Below the pieces are notes generated by a model. The model had not been told where the DNA came from and ran no database searches. It saw only the letters and a program-made list of their open reading frames with translations. Positions 9,568 through 20,036 of a stretch of 64,000 bases of DNA are shown here, one piece after another. This DNA is from Acidobacteriota bacterium. Lineage in GTDB: Bacteria; Acidobacteriota; Vicinamibacteria; Vicinamibacterales; SCN-69-37. A program made the position numbers and the translations under genes. Numbering within the stretch: the stretch's first letter is position 1; each line of letters opens with the position of its first letter. The stretch spans positions 19,541 through 83,540 of the forward strand of contig QGVF02000010.1 in assembly GCA_003242705.2 (NCBI GenBank), written 5' to 3'.

Positions 9568-10236
9568 GTGCGAGGCGATTCCCGCCACGATTTCTACGCG
9601 AAGGCCATGGCCCTCTGCGGTCTCGGCATGCTGGCCGGGGTCGGGGCGATTGTCGATTACTGGCCGGTGGCCATCCGCTTCCCGGTCGCGACAGTCGCCG
9701 TCCCGGAACGGCAGCCGGGTCCCCGGCCGGTGCCGCATGACGCCTGGGCGCGGCTCGAGCATGTCCGCTTCGATCTCACGGGCGAGCCGGCGGCAGCCGG
9801 GACGGTGGTCGCGTCTCGACCCAGCACGACGGACCTTCCGGGCGGCGACGTCGCGTCGCACGCGGACGGCGACGCAGCCGGTCGAGCCGCGGGTGCGCCG
9901 GTACCCGTCCTGGCCCACGCGCTGCCGGTGGCCGCCGCGCCCCCGACGCTGGCCGGTACCCGTCGCGTGCGCGAGCTGACGCCGCCGCCGGCCAGGGTGT
10001 ACGTGCGCGACATCCGATCGGCGCTGCCCGAGCCGCAGCTCCGCCCCGAAGACCTCGCACCCGGACGCCCCGTCGCGCACGGCGCGATGGCCGCCGACGC
10101 GGCCGACCGCGGCGTCCTGACGTCGGCGTTCAGGGTCACGGGGCAGTCGCTCGCGCGGACCGGTGTCGTGACCGGCGCGTCACTGGCCGGTGCCTTCCGC
10201 CGTGTCGGCAGTGCCGTGCGGCGCGTCGTCCCCTGA
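9568..10236 (+). CDS. hypothetical single-pass membrane protein, Pro/Ala-rich
   Basis: High GC3 throughout. One N-terminal TM (AMALCGLGMLAGVGAIV). No recognisable domain. Its 3' end overlaps the convergent gene by 57 nt. Confidence 0.45.
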   Translation: MRGDSRHDFYAKAMALCGLGMLAGVGAIVDYWPVAIRFPVATVAVPERQPGPRPVPHDAWARLEHVRFDLTGEPAAAGTVVASRPSTTDLPGGDVASHADGDAAGRAAGAPVPVLAHALPVAAAPPTLAGTRRVRELTPPPARVYVRDIRSALPEPQLRPEDLAPGRPVAHGAMAADAADRGVLTSAFRVTGQSLARTGVVTGASLAGAFRRVGSAVRRVVP

Positions 10237-12216
10237 GGGCATCGCGGCCGGCTCGTACAGCACGAGCGTTCCCGACCGCTCCACGAACCGCAGTTCCAGC
10301 AGTCTGACCGCGAGCGCCTGCAGCGCCGGCGATGCTCGCGCCTCGTCGATGACCACCCAGCGAGTCTGCGTCCGCGCGAAGAACGCCGACCTGGCACCTG
10401 CGGCCGCCGCGAGGCTTTCGTCGTCGACCGGCCGGCCTTCGCTGGCCGCAGCAAGCACGCCCAGCACCGGATCAGCCAGGTGCGCCTCGCGCACGCGTGG
10501 CGAGACGCGCGACAGATACCCGCCGACAATCGGCTTGCCGTGCGCCGTCTGGAAGAAGAGCGAGGCGGCCGTGAAGTTGCCGTACGACGACAATCCGTCG
10601 CGGATACCGTAGGGGATGTTCAGCACGCGGCCGTCGCGTGGGTCGGCGGCAATCTTCTCGAAGACAGGCGGGATCGTTGCGTCGTGCAGGGTGCGCGGCG
10701 CGGACAGCAGTTCGAAGGCCAGCAGCAGCGCGATCGACGCGAAGAGGCCCCGGCGCCGCTCCGGCCGTCCGCGCGCGAGGGCGCTCAGGCTGCCGGCAAA
10801 CAGGACGGCGAGCGCCATCACGACGATGACGGAGAATCGCGGCGGCATGCGCGCCTGACTGACGATCGGGACGTAGCGGAGGATGGTCCACGGTGTCGGG
10901 ATGTACGTGAGGACGTCGGCGACACGTACGAAGGGGCCGAGCGACAGCGAGCCGAAAACCAGCAGGATGGCGAGCCACAGCCGGGACACGACGGCGCCGG
11001 CGCGCCACCAGGCCACGGCCACCACGGCGAGCCCGACCAGTGGCAGCGACGCCACGTTTTCTTCGTACTGACCCGGCTGGCGGGAGATCCAGGCGACGAG
11101 GCGACCGGGCGCCAGCGGGTGATTCGGATTGGGGGCTACGATCGCCGCAAGATCGACGCCGGGTGCACTCGACCGCCACAGGATGGGCGGGCTCACGAAG
11201 TCGTTGTCGGCGGCCCGGAGCAGCAGGGACGACAACAGCGGCGCGAGCAGTATCGCGGCGGTGAGGCCCAGAACGAGCACCGTGCCGATGCGGCGGACAG
11301 GCGCGTCGATCGCAGGTGTTACGCGCGGGCGTACGGTCAACCCCCAGCGGGTGACGACGAGCACGACGAGCAGCAGCACCGGCGTGTAGAGTGTCCGGAT
11401 CGACAGTGTCAGCGGCCCCAGCGAAATCGAGCTCCCCATCAGGCCCCGCGCCAGAATCAATACGCCGAGCAGCGCGATTGGGACGTCGAGCAGGGGCATC
11501 CACCCGCGCCGGCGAGGGAGGAACCCGATCGTGCAGGAGTGCCACGCTGCGATGAAGGCGCCAAGCATCAGGCAGTAGACGGCGTAGTACGGGTCGCACC
11601 ACGCGGCCCACGCCATGCACGCGCCGGCCGCTGCGGCGCTCTGCCAGCGGTGTTCCAGCCACGCGCGATCGAAGCAGGCGGCGAAGAAGGGCAGCGGCGC
11701 GGCTGCCACCAGGCTGAAATGCGCCGTGCTTCGCGCCACCAGATACGGCGAGCAGCAGAAGAGGAGACCGGCCAGCCAGGCGGCGGCGCGGTCGCCGTGC
11801 GTCCCGTCCGGCCAGACGCGTCTGGCCAGGACGTACATGCCGAGGCCGGCCAGGGCGACGTTCAGCAGGTAGATCAGGTTGAAGGCCCCGACGATGCCGA
11901 CGAGCGACTGAAGGGGAAGCGCGAGCAGATTGGACGCGACCGTGTAGTTGTGCAGGCTCAGGTCAGCCGGTCCCCCGAGCGGAAGAATCGTCGTCGTATC
12001 GAGCGGCCAGCTGCGATGGTCGATCAGCTCGTACCTGAATACCCAGGTATTCCAGACGTAGGCGCCGCCGTCGCTGCCGACGGGCGCTGTGATGTGCGTA
12101 GTCAGATGCAGCGCGAGCGGCCAGCTCTGGACGACGGCCGCTGCGAGGAAAGAGGCGAAGACGAGCAGGAGCTCGGCTATAAGCCCGCGGCGCATGGCGG
12201 GCCGGAATCGTAGCAC
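10180..12216 (-). CDS. large polytopic membrane protein (possible GT-C-fold glycosyltransferase / YfhO-like)
   Basis: More than 10 hydrophobic helices followed by a C-terminal soluble domain. The track start at 12216 is GTG; an ATG at 12195 (MRRGLIAELL) is an equally good start. Confidence 0.6.
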   Translation of the reverse strand: MLRFRPAMRRGLIAELLLVFASFLAAAVVQSWPLALHLTTHITAPVGSDGGAYVWNTWVFRYELIDHRSWPLDTTTILPLGGPADLSLHNYTVASNLLALPLQSLVGIVGAFNLIYLLNVALAGLGMYVLARRVWPDGTHGDRAAAWLAGLLFCCSPYLVARSTAHFSLVAAAPLPFFAACFDRAWLEHRWQSAAAAGACMAWAAWCDPYYAVYCLMLGAFIAAWHSCTIGFLPRRRGWMPLLDVPIALLGVLILARGLMGSSISLGPLTLSIRTLYTPVLLLVVLVVTRWGLTVRPRVTPAIDAPVRRIGTVLVLGLTAAILLAPLLSSLLLRAADNDFVSPPILWRSSAPGVDLAAIVAPNPNHPLAPGRLVAWISRQPGQYEENVASLPLVGLAVVAVAWWRAGAVVSRLWLAILLVFGSLSLGPFVRVADVLTYIPTPWTILRYVPIVSQARMPPRFSVIVVMALAVLFAGSLSALARGRPERRRGLFASIALLLAFELLSAPRTLHDATIPPVFEKIAADPRDGRVLNIPYGIRDGLSSYGNFTAASLFFQTAHGKPIVGGYLSRVSPRVREAHLADPVLGVLAAASEGRPVDDESLAAAAGARSAFFARTQTRWVVIDEARASPALQALAVRLLELRFVERSGTLVLYEPAAMPSGDDAPHGTADTAEGTGQ

Positions 12217-12259
12217 GCCGGGGGCGCGGCGCCGTTTGACAGCGTGCGTGGCGCCCCGT

Positions 12260-14215
12260 ATGGTTCGGCGGATGCTCCGTGTGGCTGCCAGTGCGGTGGG
12301 CGCCGTCCTGCTCGGTCTCGTCCTCCTGTTCGTCGTGTATGGCAGGAGCGACGGGCTCGTGCTCGAGATGGACCGCCACCAGCCGGCGTTCGTGTCCGGG
12401 CTCTACGCGACCGAGCGCGACGGCGAGACGACGTTCGCCTGGACGTCGGGGCGGACGGTGATTCGTCTGGCCGGCCTCGACAGGCGCGTCGACTGGACCT
12501 GCACGATGCGGATGCGCGGCGCGCGCGAGTCGCACCTGCCGATGCCATCGGTGACGCTCGCCTACGATGCGGCCGGCAGCCGGACGGTCCCGTTGAGCAA
12601 TACCTACGAAGACATTGCGATCAACATCCCGGCGCGTCCGGAGCGACCGGGACTGACGCTAACAGTCGACGTCGCGCCGACGTTCGTTCCCGGGCCGGGC
12701 GATCCGCGGGAGCTCGGCGCGCAGGTCGACTGGATCCGCTGCGCGCCAGCCGCCTCGCCGCGGCCGCCGGCGGCGACGTTGCGCGCAGCGGCCGTTGCGA
12801 CGGGCAGCGTGGCGCTGGCGCTCGGTGCCGCCGGTGCGTCGGTCGCCGTCCTGCTGTCGGCGACGGGCCTTGTCGGGGCCGCCGTGGCCCTGCTGCTGTC
12901 GAACGGCAATGGCGCCTTCGGCCCGTATCCGGCGCTGCTGGCCTGGATCGTCGGAACCGCCGCCACAATCGTGCTTGGCGTCGCGGTGGCCGCGCGACTG
13001 ATGCCGCGGCGCAGACCGTCCGGGGCCGCGCTGGCGGCCGTGGCCGCGTCGTCGATCCTCGGAGCGCTGAAGCTCGCGGCGCTCACGCACCCGGCAAAGG
13101 CGCTGGTCGATGCGGTCTTCCAGGCGCACCGGCTGCAGGCGGTGATGGCGGGGAACTACTTCTTCACGCAGCCGCTTCCCGACGGCGTGCAGTTTCCCTA
13201 CGCGATCGGGCTCTACGTCACCGCACTGCCGTTCGCGGGCCTGCTGACCGATCACGTGCTGCTGCTGCGGACGGTGGTGATTGCGGCTGAGGCGCTGGCC
13301 GGCGGGTGCCTCTATCTGCTGTTGTCGAGGCTCTTCCGCGCACCGGCCGCCGCCGTGCTCGCGGTCGTGCTGTTCCAGCTCGTGCCAATCCCTTACGTGG
13401 TGATTGGCAACGCGAACCTCACCAACGCGTTCGCCGAGGCGGCAGCGCTGCTGGCCGTGGTGGCCTTCGCCTGCGCACCCGAGCGGCTGCGGTCGCCAGC
13501 CGGCGCCGCCGTGCTCCTGCTGGCCGCCGCGTGCACGACGCTCGCGTTCCTCTCGCACGTCAGCACGATCGTGCTGCTGGCGGCCACGCTGGGGGCCGTG
13601 GCGCTGGCGCTGCTGGCCGGCGGCCGCCCGCACCGCCCGCTCGCGTTCGCGATTGCGGCTGTCGTCGTCGTTTCGGGCCTGGTGGCGACGGGGCTCTACT
13701 ATCGTCACTTCACGGACGTCTACGTCCGCGCGCTGGATCGCGTGCGCGCGACCGATGCGACGCCGGCCGACCGTGGCGGGCCTGACGTCGACGACGACCG
13801 GCCCGCCGTGCTGGTGCGGCCGCTGGCGTGGCACGAGCGCGCCGGCGACGCGGTCCGGCAGACGACGGAACAGGTCGGATTGCCGCTGCTGCTGCTCCTG
13901 CCGGCCGGCGCGGTGGCCGCCGCGCGGCATCCGCGGTCGCGCGGCGCACTCGTGCTCGTCGGCTGGGCGATGGCCTGGATCGCGTGCCTGTTCGGCGGTA
14001 CGATGACGCGCGTCGACACGCAGTACCAGCGGTACGCCGCCGAGTTCATCGGGCGGGTGAACCTCGCGTGCTACCCGGTGGCTGTCGTGCTGGCGTCGCT
14101 CGGCGCCGGGTATCTGTGGCGCCTCGGCATTGCCGGCCGGCTGGTGGCCGGCGTACTGACGGCCGGCAGCGTGCTCATCGGGACGGCCGCCTGGCGTGGC
14201 TGGTTCGGGGGCTGA
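12260..14215 (+). CDS. large polytopic membrane protein (possible GT-C-fold glycosyltransferase)
   Basis: ATG at 12260 or 12272 (MLRVAASAVG). One TM, a roughly 170-aa extracytoplasmic domain, then many TM helices. It is divergent from the preceding membrane protein. Confidence 0.6.
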   Translation: MVRRMLRVAASAVGAVLLGLVLLFVVYGRSDGLVLEMDRHQPAFVSGLYATERDGETTFAWTSGRTVIRLAGLDRRVDWTCTMRMRGARESHLPMPSVTLAYDAAGSRTVPLSNTYEDIAINIPARPERPGLTLTVDVAPTFVPGPGDPRELGAQVDWIRCAPAASPRPPAATLRAAAVATGSVALALGAAGASVAVLLSATGLVGAAVALLLSNGNGAFGPYPALLAWIVGTAATIVLGVAVAARLMPRRRPSGAALAAVAASSILGALKLAALTHPAKALVDAVFQAHRLQAVMAGNYFFTQPLPDGVQFPYAIGLYVTALPFAGLLTDHVLLLRTVVIAAEALAGGCLYLLLSRLFRAPAAAVLAVVLFQLVPIPYVVIGNANLTNAFAEAAALLAVVAFACAPERLRSPAGAAVLLLAAACTTLAFLSHVSTIVLLAATLGAVALALLAGGRPHRPLAFAIAAVVVVSGLVATGLYYRHFTDVYVRALDRVRATDATPADRGGPDVDDDRPAVLVRPLAWHERAGDAVRQTTEQVGLPLLLLLPAGAVAAARHPRSRGALVLVGWAMAWIACLFGGTMTRVDTQYQRYAAEFIGRVNLACYPVAVVLASLGAGYLWRLGIAGRLVAGVLTAGSVLIGTAAWRGWFGG

Positions 14216-14260
14216 ACGAGCGGGGCGGTCGAAACCGGCACCCGCTGGAGATCCTGGCGA

Positions 14261-14617
14261 TCAGTGGACGCCGGTGCTCTCGGTGGCGAGCAGCAGCAGG
14301 TTGATCACTTCACGATCGACGTCGGTGAATTCAAACCACTGTCGGCCCGACGACCCGTGCCACCGCCTCGCGACGGCACGGACCGAAATCGACAGGCCCG
14401 CCGGCAGCTGAAACGAGACGTGCACGACCGATCCCGGTGCGAGCGGGCGCAGCGGCGAGATCGCGAAGCCGTCGGCCGAGAGCTCACGGACGCGGTACTC
14501 GAGATCTTCGAGCCCGAGCCGTGCGGTTACCTGCAGCACCGTTTCCTCCGGATGGTCGGCGAGGACCGGGTTTCGCATCTCCACCACGTCTTCCCTCCGT
14601 CGACGCCGCCGAGGCAT
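14261..14617 (-). CDS. stand-alone PilZ domain protein (c-di-GMP receptor)
   Basis: MPRRRRRRED supplies the RxxxR element and ELSADGF the DxSxxG element at PilZ spacing. The track ORF extension to 14842 has poor codon usage. Confidence 0.7.
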   Translation of the reverse strand: MPRRRRRREDVVEMRNPVLADHPEETVLQVTARLGLEDLEYRVRELSADGFAISPLRPLAPGSVVHVSFQLPAGLSISVRAVARRWHGSSGRQWFEFTDVDREVINLLLLATESTGVH

Positions 14618-14840
14618 CACCGCCGCTCCTGCATCAGTTCGCCAGAAATGTGATCGAGCACTGCCTCCCGCTAAAACAAGAAGGGTGCCGCTTTTCGAAG
14701 GGCTCCGCGCATGACACAGGGCGACAGGACTGCCCGCGAGGTCGTTACGGTTCTGTAAGGAGGCGGTTTGTTGGAAAAAGTGGAGGAGGGAAGGGGCGAA
14801 GCTGTGTAGAAACTTCCCGCGACCCGGGGGAGGAGCGGGC

Positions 14841-14871
14841 AAAGAAAAAGGGGATCCGCGTCGGGACCCCC
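14841..14871 (-). terminator. intrinsic terminator after tRNA-Leu
   Basis: On the minus strand: GGGGGTCC-CGACGC-GGATCCCC stem-loop followed by TTTTTCTTTG. Confidence 0.7.
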
Positions 14872-14883
14872 TTAATCGAACTC

Positions 14884-14970
14884 TGGTGCGGAAGGGGAGA
14901 CTCGAACTCCCACGGTATTGCTACCGCCAGCCCCTCAAGCTGGTGCGTCTGCCAATTCCGCCACTTCCGC
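14884..14970 (-). tRNA. tRNA-Leu(GAG), CCA encoded
   Basis: Manual fold: acceptor GCGGAAG/CTTCCGC, anticodon stem CCAGC/GCTGG with loop TTGAGGG, long variable arm, T-arm GGGAG-TTCGAGT-CTCCC. Confidence 0.92.
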
Positions 14971-15031
14971 GTGGCACAAACCGATAAATTCTACCGCGAA
15001 ACCGGCCCCGATTGAAGGGCCACGTCGCGTG

Positions 15032-15439
15032 TCACTGCGCCTCGGGCGTCGTCTGTTCCGCCGGAGCCGGGGCGGCCGCGCCTTCGTCGGCCGGGGCGGC
15101 GTCGCCCGGTACCGTCGTGGGCAGCGTCGGCACTTCGGTCGGCAGCGCCGGTGCCTGCGACTCGACCGGCGCGGGGCCGTCGATGCCGCTCACCACCGAA
15201 CCGCCGCTCGAGCGGCCCATCAGCGTCAGGACGAAGGCGCCCAGCAGGAAGGCGGTCCCGAGCGCCGTCGTCGCGCGCGTCAGCACGGTTGCGCCCGCGC
15301 GGGCGCCGAAGGCCGTCTGGCTGCTCGCGCCGCCGAAGGCCGCGGCAATGTCGCCGCCCTTGCCCTGCTGCAGCAGTACTACGACGAGCAGGAGCAGGCA
15401 CACCAGCACGTAGACGGTGAGGACCGCGTAGTAGAGCAT
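15032..15439 (-). CDS. secG: preprotein translocase subunit SecG with Pro/Ala-rich C-terminal extension
   Basis: MLYYAVLTVYVLVCLLLLVVVLLQQGKGGD...FGG is the SecG signature. It occupies the conserved position after tpiA. Confidence 0.88.
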   Translation of the reverse strand: MLYYAVLTVYVLVCLLLLVVVLLQQGKGGDIAAAFGGASSQTAFGARAGATVLTRATTALGTAFLLGAFVLTLMGRSSGGSVVSGIDGPAPVESQAPALPTEVPTLPTTVPGDAAPADEGAAAPAPAEQTTPEAQ

Positions 15440-15507
15440 AGCGACTCAGTATAGCAAGGCCACGGCGCTCCGGCGCCCCCGGCGTTTCGTCAGGCCAGGT
15501 TCCGGCG

Positions 15508-16269
15508 TCAGCGCGCGAGGGCGCCGCGGATGATGTCGAAGAAGCTGTTGACCTGCAGGCTCGCGCCGCCGACGAGCGCGCCGTCGACGTCGGGCAGGGC
15601 GATGAGCGCGCCGATGTTGTCGGGCTTGACCGAGCCGCCGTACTGGATGCGGCAGCCGTCGGCCGCCGCCTCGCCGAACCACTCGCGCAGCCGCGTCCGG
15701 ATGTGCCGGTGCGCCTCGTCGGCCTGCTCGGGCGTCGCATTGCGGCCCGTGCCGATGGCCCAGACCGGCTCGTAGGCAATGATCAGTCCGGCCACCTGCT
15801 CGGCGCTCAGCCCGGCCAGCCCGTCGCGCACCTGGCGGTCGAGCACCTCGAGCGTCCGTCCTGCGTCGCGCTCCTCGAGCGTTTCACCGACGCAGACGAT
15901 CGGCACGAGCTCGGCGGCCAGCGCGGCGTGGACCTTCCGGTTGACAAGCTCGTCGGTCTCGCCGAAGAGCTTGCGGCGCTCCGAGTGACCGAGGATGACG
16001 TACGTGGCGCCGGCATCCTTGATCATGGTCGCGCTGACCTCGCCGGTGAACGCGCCTTCCTTTTCGGCCGACATGTTCTGCGCGGCAATGCCGATCGGCG
16101 TGTTGCGCGCCGCCTCGGCCGCCGTGAGCAGGGCCGTGAACGGCGGCGCCACGACGATCTCGACGCCCGAGAAGCCCTTGACGAGCGACCCGAGCTCGCG
16201 CACGTAGGCCAGCGCCTCGTGCGTGGTCTTGAACATCTTCCAGTTGGCGGCGACGACGGGGATACGCAT
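15508..16269 (-). CDS. tpiA: triosephosphate isomerase
   Basis: VAANWKM, ILGHSERR, AYEPVWAIGTG and YGGSV motifs. Confidence 0.95.
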   Translation of the reverse strand: MRIPVVAANWKMFKTTHEALAYVRELGSLVKGFSGVEIVVAPPFTALLTAAEAARNTPIGIAAQNMSAEKEGAFTGEVSATMIKDAGATYVILGHSERRKLFGETDELVNRKVHAALAAELVPIVCVGETLEERDAGRTLEVLDRQVRDGLAGLSAEQVAGLIIAYEPVWAIGTGRNATPEQADEAHRHIRTRLREWFGEAAADGCRIQYGGSVKPDNIGALIALPDVDGALVGGASLQVNSFFDIIRGALAR

Positions 16270-16326
16270 GGTGATGAGAGAGAAGTCGGAAGTCAGGAAG
16301 CCGGACGTTCGGAGTTCACCGAAGGC

Positions 16327-16357
16327 GGAAGTCTGAAGCGTGACGCTTCAGACTTCC
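16327..16357 (-). promoter_or_regulatory. perfect 14-bp stem / 3-nt loop hairpin in the pgk-tpiA spacer
   Basis: GGAAGTCTGAAGCG-TGA-CGCTTCAGACTTCC. Additional GGAAGTC copies lie just to the left (16281-16300). Confidence 0.6.
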
Positions 16358-16372
16358 AGCCTTTTGTGTGTG

Positions 16373-17557
16373 CTACTTCTTCTCGAGCGCGGTCACGCCC
16401 GGGAGCGTGCGGCCGCCGAGGAACTCGAGCGAGGCGCCGCCGCCGGTCGAGATGTGCGTCATCCGATCGGCGACGCCGGCGCGGGTGACCGCGGCCACCG
16501 AGTCGCCACCGCCGATGATCGTCGTGCCCTGCACCTCGGCTACGGCCTGGGCCACGCCGATGGTGCCCTGCGCGAACGCATCCATTTCGAACACGCCCAT
16601 CGGCCCGTTCCAGACCACCGTCTTCGCGCCCGCAATCACCTCGCGGTAGCGGGCGATCGTCTTCGGACCGATGTCGAGACCCATGCGATCGCCGATCGCC
16701 GGATCGGTCACGTCGATCGTCTCGTGCGGCGCGTCGGCGGCGAGCGCCGGCGCGACGACGTGGTCGACCGGCAGCTCGAACGTGATGCCGCGCGCCCTGG
16801 CGCGCGCTTCCAGATCGCGCGCCGTGTCGACGAGGTTCTCCTCGACGAGCGACCTGCCGACGGGCAGGCCCCGGGCCTTGAGGAACGTGTAGGCCATCGC
16901 GCCGCCGATGACGAGCGCATCGACCCGGCCGAGCAGGTTCTCGATGACCTCGAGCTTGTCCGACACTTTCGCCCCGCCGAGAATCGCGACGAACGGGCGA
17001 TCGGGCGACTCGAGCGCCTTGCCGAGGTACTCGACCTCGGCCGCCATCAGGAACCCGGCCGCCGACTCGCCGATGTGATGGACGATTCCTTCGGTCGAGG
17101 CGTGCGCACGGTGCGCCGAGCCGAACGCGTCGTTGACGTACACGTCGGCCAGCGCCGCCAGCTGGGCGGCGAACTCCGGATCGTTCTTCTCTTCGCCGGC
17201 GTGGAACCGCAGGTTCTCGAGCAGGATCACGCCGCCGGGATTGGCGGCGATCACTTCGGCCGCCGCGCCGCCGACGCAGTCAGGGGCGAAGGCGACGGGC
17301 CGGCCGAGCAGGCCCGCCAGGTGCTCGGCAACCGGCTTCAGCGAGTACTTGGGATTGACCGTCCCCTTCGGCCGGCCCAGGTGCGAGGCCAGGATGACGG
17401 TCGCCCCCTGCTCGAGCGCGTAGCGGATCGTCGGCAGCGCCGCGCGGACGCGCGTGTCGTCGGTGATCCGCCCGTCCTCGATCGGGACGTTGAAGTCGAC
17501 GCGGATGAAGACCCGGCGCCCCTTGAGCGCCAGGTCCCGGATGTTGCGCGTGGCCAC
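16373..17557 (-). CDS. pgk: phosphoglycerate kinase
   Basis: RVDFNVP, ASHLGRP and [13 protein letters not shown]-like blocks over the full length (394 aa). Confidence 0.95.
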   Translation of the reverse strand: MATRNIRDLALKGRRVFIRVDFNVPIEDGRITDDTRVRAALPTIRYALEQGATVILASHLGRPKGTVNPKYSLKPVAEHLAGLLGRPVAFAPDCVGGAAAEVIAANPGGVILLENLRFHAGEEKNDPEFAAQLAALADVYVNDAFGSAHRAHASTEGIVHHIGESAAGFLMAAEVEYLGKALESPDRPFVAILGGAKVSDKLEVIENLLGRVDALVIGGAMAYTFLKARGLPVGRSLVEENLVDTARDLEARARARGITFELPVDHVVAPALAADAPHETIDVTDPAIGDRMGLDIGPKTIARYREVIAGAKTVVWNGPMGVFEMDAFAQGTIGVAQAVAEVQGTTIIGGGDSVAAVTRAGVADRMTHISTGGGASLEFLGGRTLPGVTALEKK

Positions 17558-17561
17558 GACG

Positions 17562-18620
<1,059 letters not shown>

Positions 18621-18712
18621 TCAACAAAGGCGGAATTGTATCAAGGCCGGGGTGGAAGGGGGGAGCACGCTGATCCGGCCGGCGCCGGCCGCCGCGGTTA
18701 TCATCTGTACCC

Positions 18713-20035
18713 GTGCACGCGCTGTACACGCTGGCTATCCTGGGTGCCGCCGCGGCGCTTTCGCCGTGGTTTCTCTACCAGGCCCTGCGGTACCGCAAGT
18801 ACGTAGGGAGCGTGGCCGAGCGCATGGGCCGGCTGCCGGTCAGCATCAACGTCGACGGCGACCCCTCCATCTGGATTCACGCGGTCTCGGTCGGCGAGAC
18901 GCTCGCCGCGCGGACGCTCATCGACGGCCTCCGGCAGCGCTATCCGGGGCTCCGCATCTTCCTGTCGACCACCACGCTGACCGGACGCCAGCTCGCCCTG
19001 ACCCGGGTCCCCGGCGTCGACGGCGTCTTCTTCTTTCCGTTCGACATCCCCGTCTTCATCAACCGCACCCTCCGGCTCGTCCGGCCGAAGCTGTTCGTGA
19101 TGGTCGAGACCGAGCTCTGGCCGAACCTGCTCCGGGCCTGCCGGGCCCGCGGCATCCGGACCATGCTCGTCAACGGCCGGATTTCGGCGCGGTCGTACCC
19201 GCGCTACCGCATGGTGCGCGGCTTCTTCCGCGAGGTGCTCGCCGACGTCGACCGCTTCTGCATGCAGGGGGAGGAGTCGGCCCGACGCATCATCGACATC
19301 GGTGCCGACCCGGCCCGCGTGACCATCACGGGCAACCTCAAGTTCGACGCGCTCGAGCTGCCGCCGCTCGCCGATCGCGGCGCCGGCCGCGTCCTGCGCT
19401 TCTTCCGGCTGCCGGCCGATCGCCCCGTCTTCATCGCGGCGAGCACCCTCAAGGGGGAAGAGACGCCCGTGCTCGAGGCGTTTGCGGCCGTCCGGCGGCG
19501 CCACCCGTCGGCGCTGCTCGTCATGGCGCCCCGCAAGCCCGAGCGCTGGGACGAAGCCGTCGCGCTTTCGCGCGCCGAGGGCTTCCGCGTCGTCCGGCGG
19601 ACCGACCTGCTCATCGACAGCGAGCCGCGCGCCGACGTCGTCGTGCTCGACACGATCGGCGAGCTGGCCCACCTGCTGCAGATTGCGACGGTCGTCTTCG
19701 TCGGCGGCAGCCTCGTCGCGCAGGGCGGGCACAACATCCTGGAGCCGGCCGTCCACGGCAAGCCGGTCGTCTTCGGCCCGCACATGGACAACTTCGCGGA
19801 GATTGCCGCCGAGTTCCTCCGCCAGGACGCGGCCATTCAGGTGAAGGACCGTGGCGAGCTCCAGCAGGTGGTGGTGCGGTTGTTCGACGATCCGGTCGCC
19901 CGGGCACGCCTGGGCGCCGCCGCCCGCGCCCTGGTCGATGCCAACCGCGGCGCGAAGGCGCGGACGCTCGATGCCATCGAACAGGTCCTGCCCACCGGTC
20001 CCCGTGGGATCGTCCGCCCTTTCCGCCGCGCCTGA
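18713..20035 (+). CDS. waaA: 3-deoxy-D-manno-octulosonic acid (Kdo) transferase
   Basis: The N-terminal TM plus WIHAVSVGETLAA block matches E. coli WaaA (HSVSVGETLAA). Length is about 440 aa. Confidence 0.9.
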   Translation: MHALYTLAILGAAAALSPWFLYQALRYRKYVGSVAERMGRLPVSINVDGDPSIWIHAVSVGETLAARTLIDGLRQRYPGLRIFLSTTTLTGRQLALTRVPGVDGVFFFPFDIPVFINRTLRLVRPKLFVMVETELWPNLLRACRARGIRTMLVNGRISARSYPRYRMVRGFFREVLADVDRFCMQGEESARRIIDIGADPARVTITGNLKFDALELPPLADRGAGRVLRFFRLPADRPVFIAASTLKGEETPVLEAFAAVRRRHPSALLVMAPRKPERWDEAVALSRAEGFRVVRRTDLLIDSEPRADVVVLDTIGELAHLLQIATVVFVGGSLVAQGGHNILEPAVHGKPVVFGPHMDNFAEIAAEFLRQDAAIQVKDRGELQQVVVRLFDDPVARARLGAAARALVDANRGAKARTLDAIEQVLPTGPRGIVRPFRRA

Positions 20036-20036
20036 G

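Noticed and set aside
14618-14842. An N-terminal extension of the PilZ ORF to 193 aa
   Set aside because: The extension has low GC3, rare codons and no domain. The internal MPRRRRRR start gives a complete PilZ domain.
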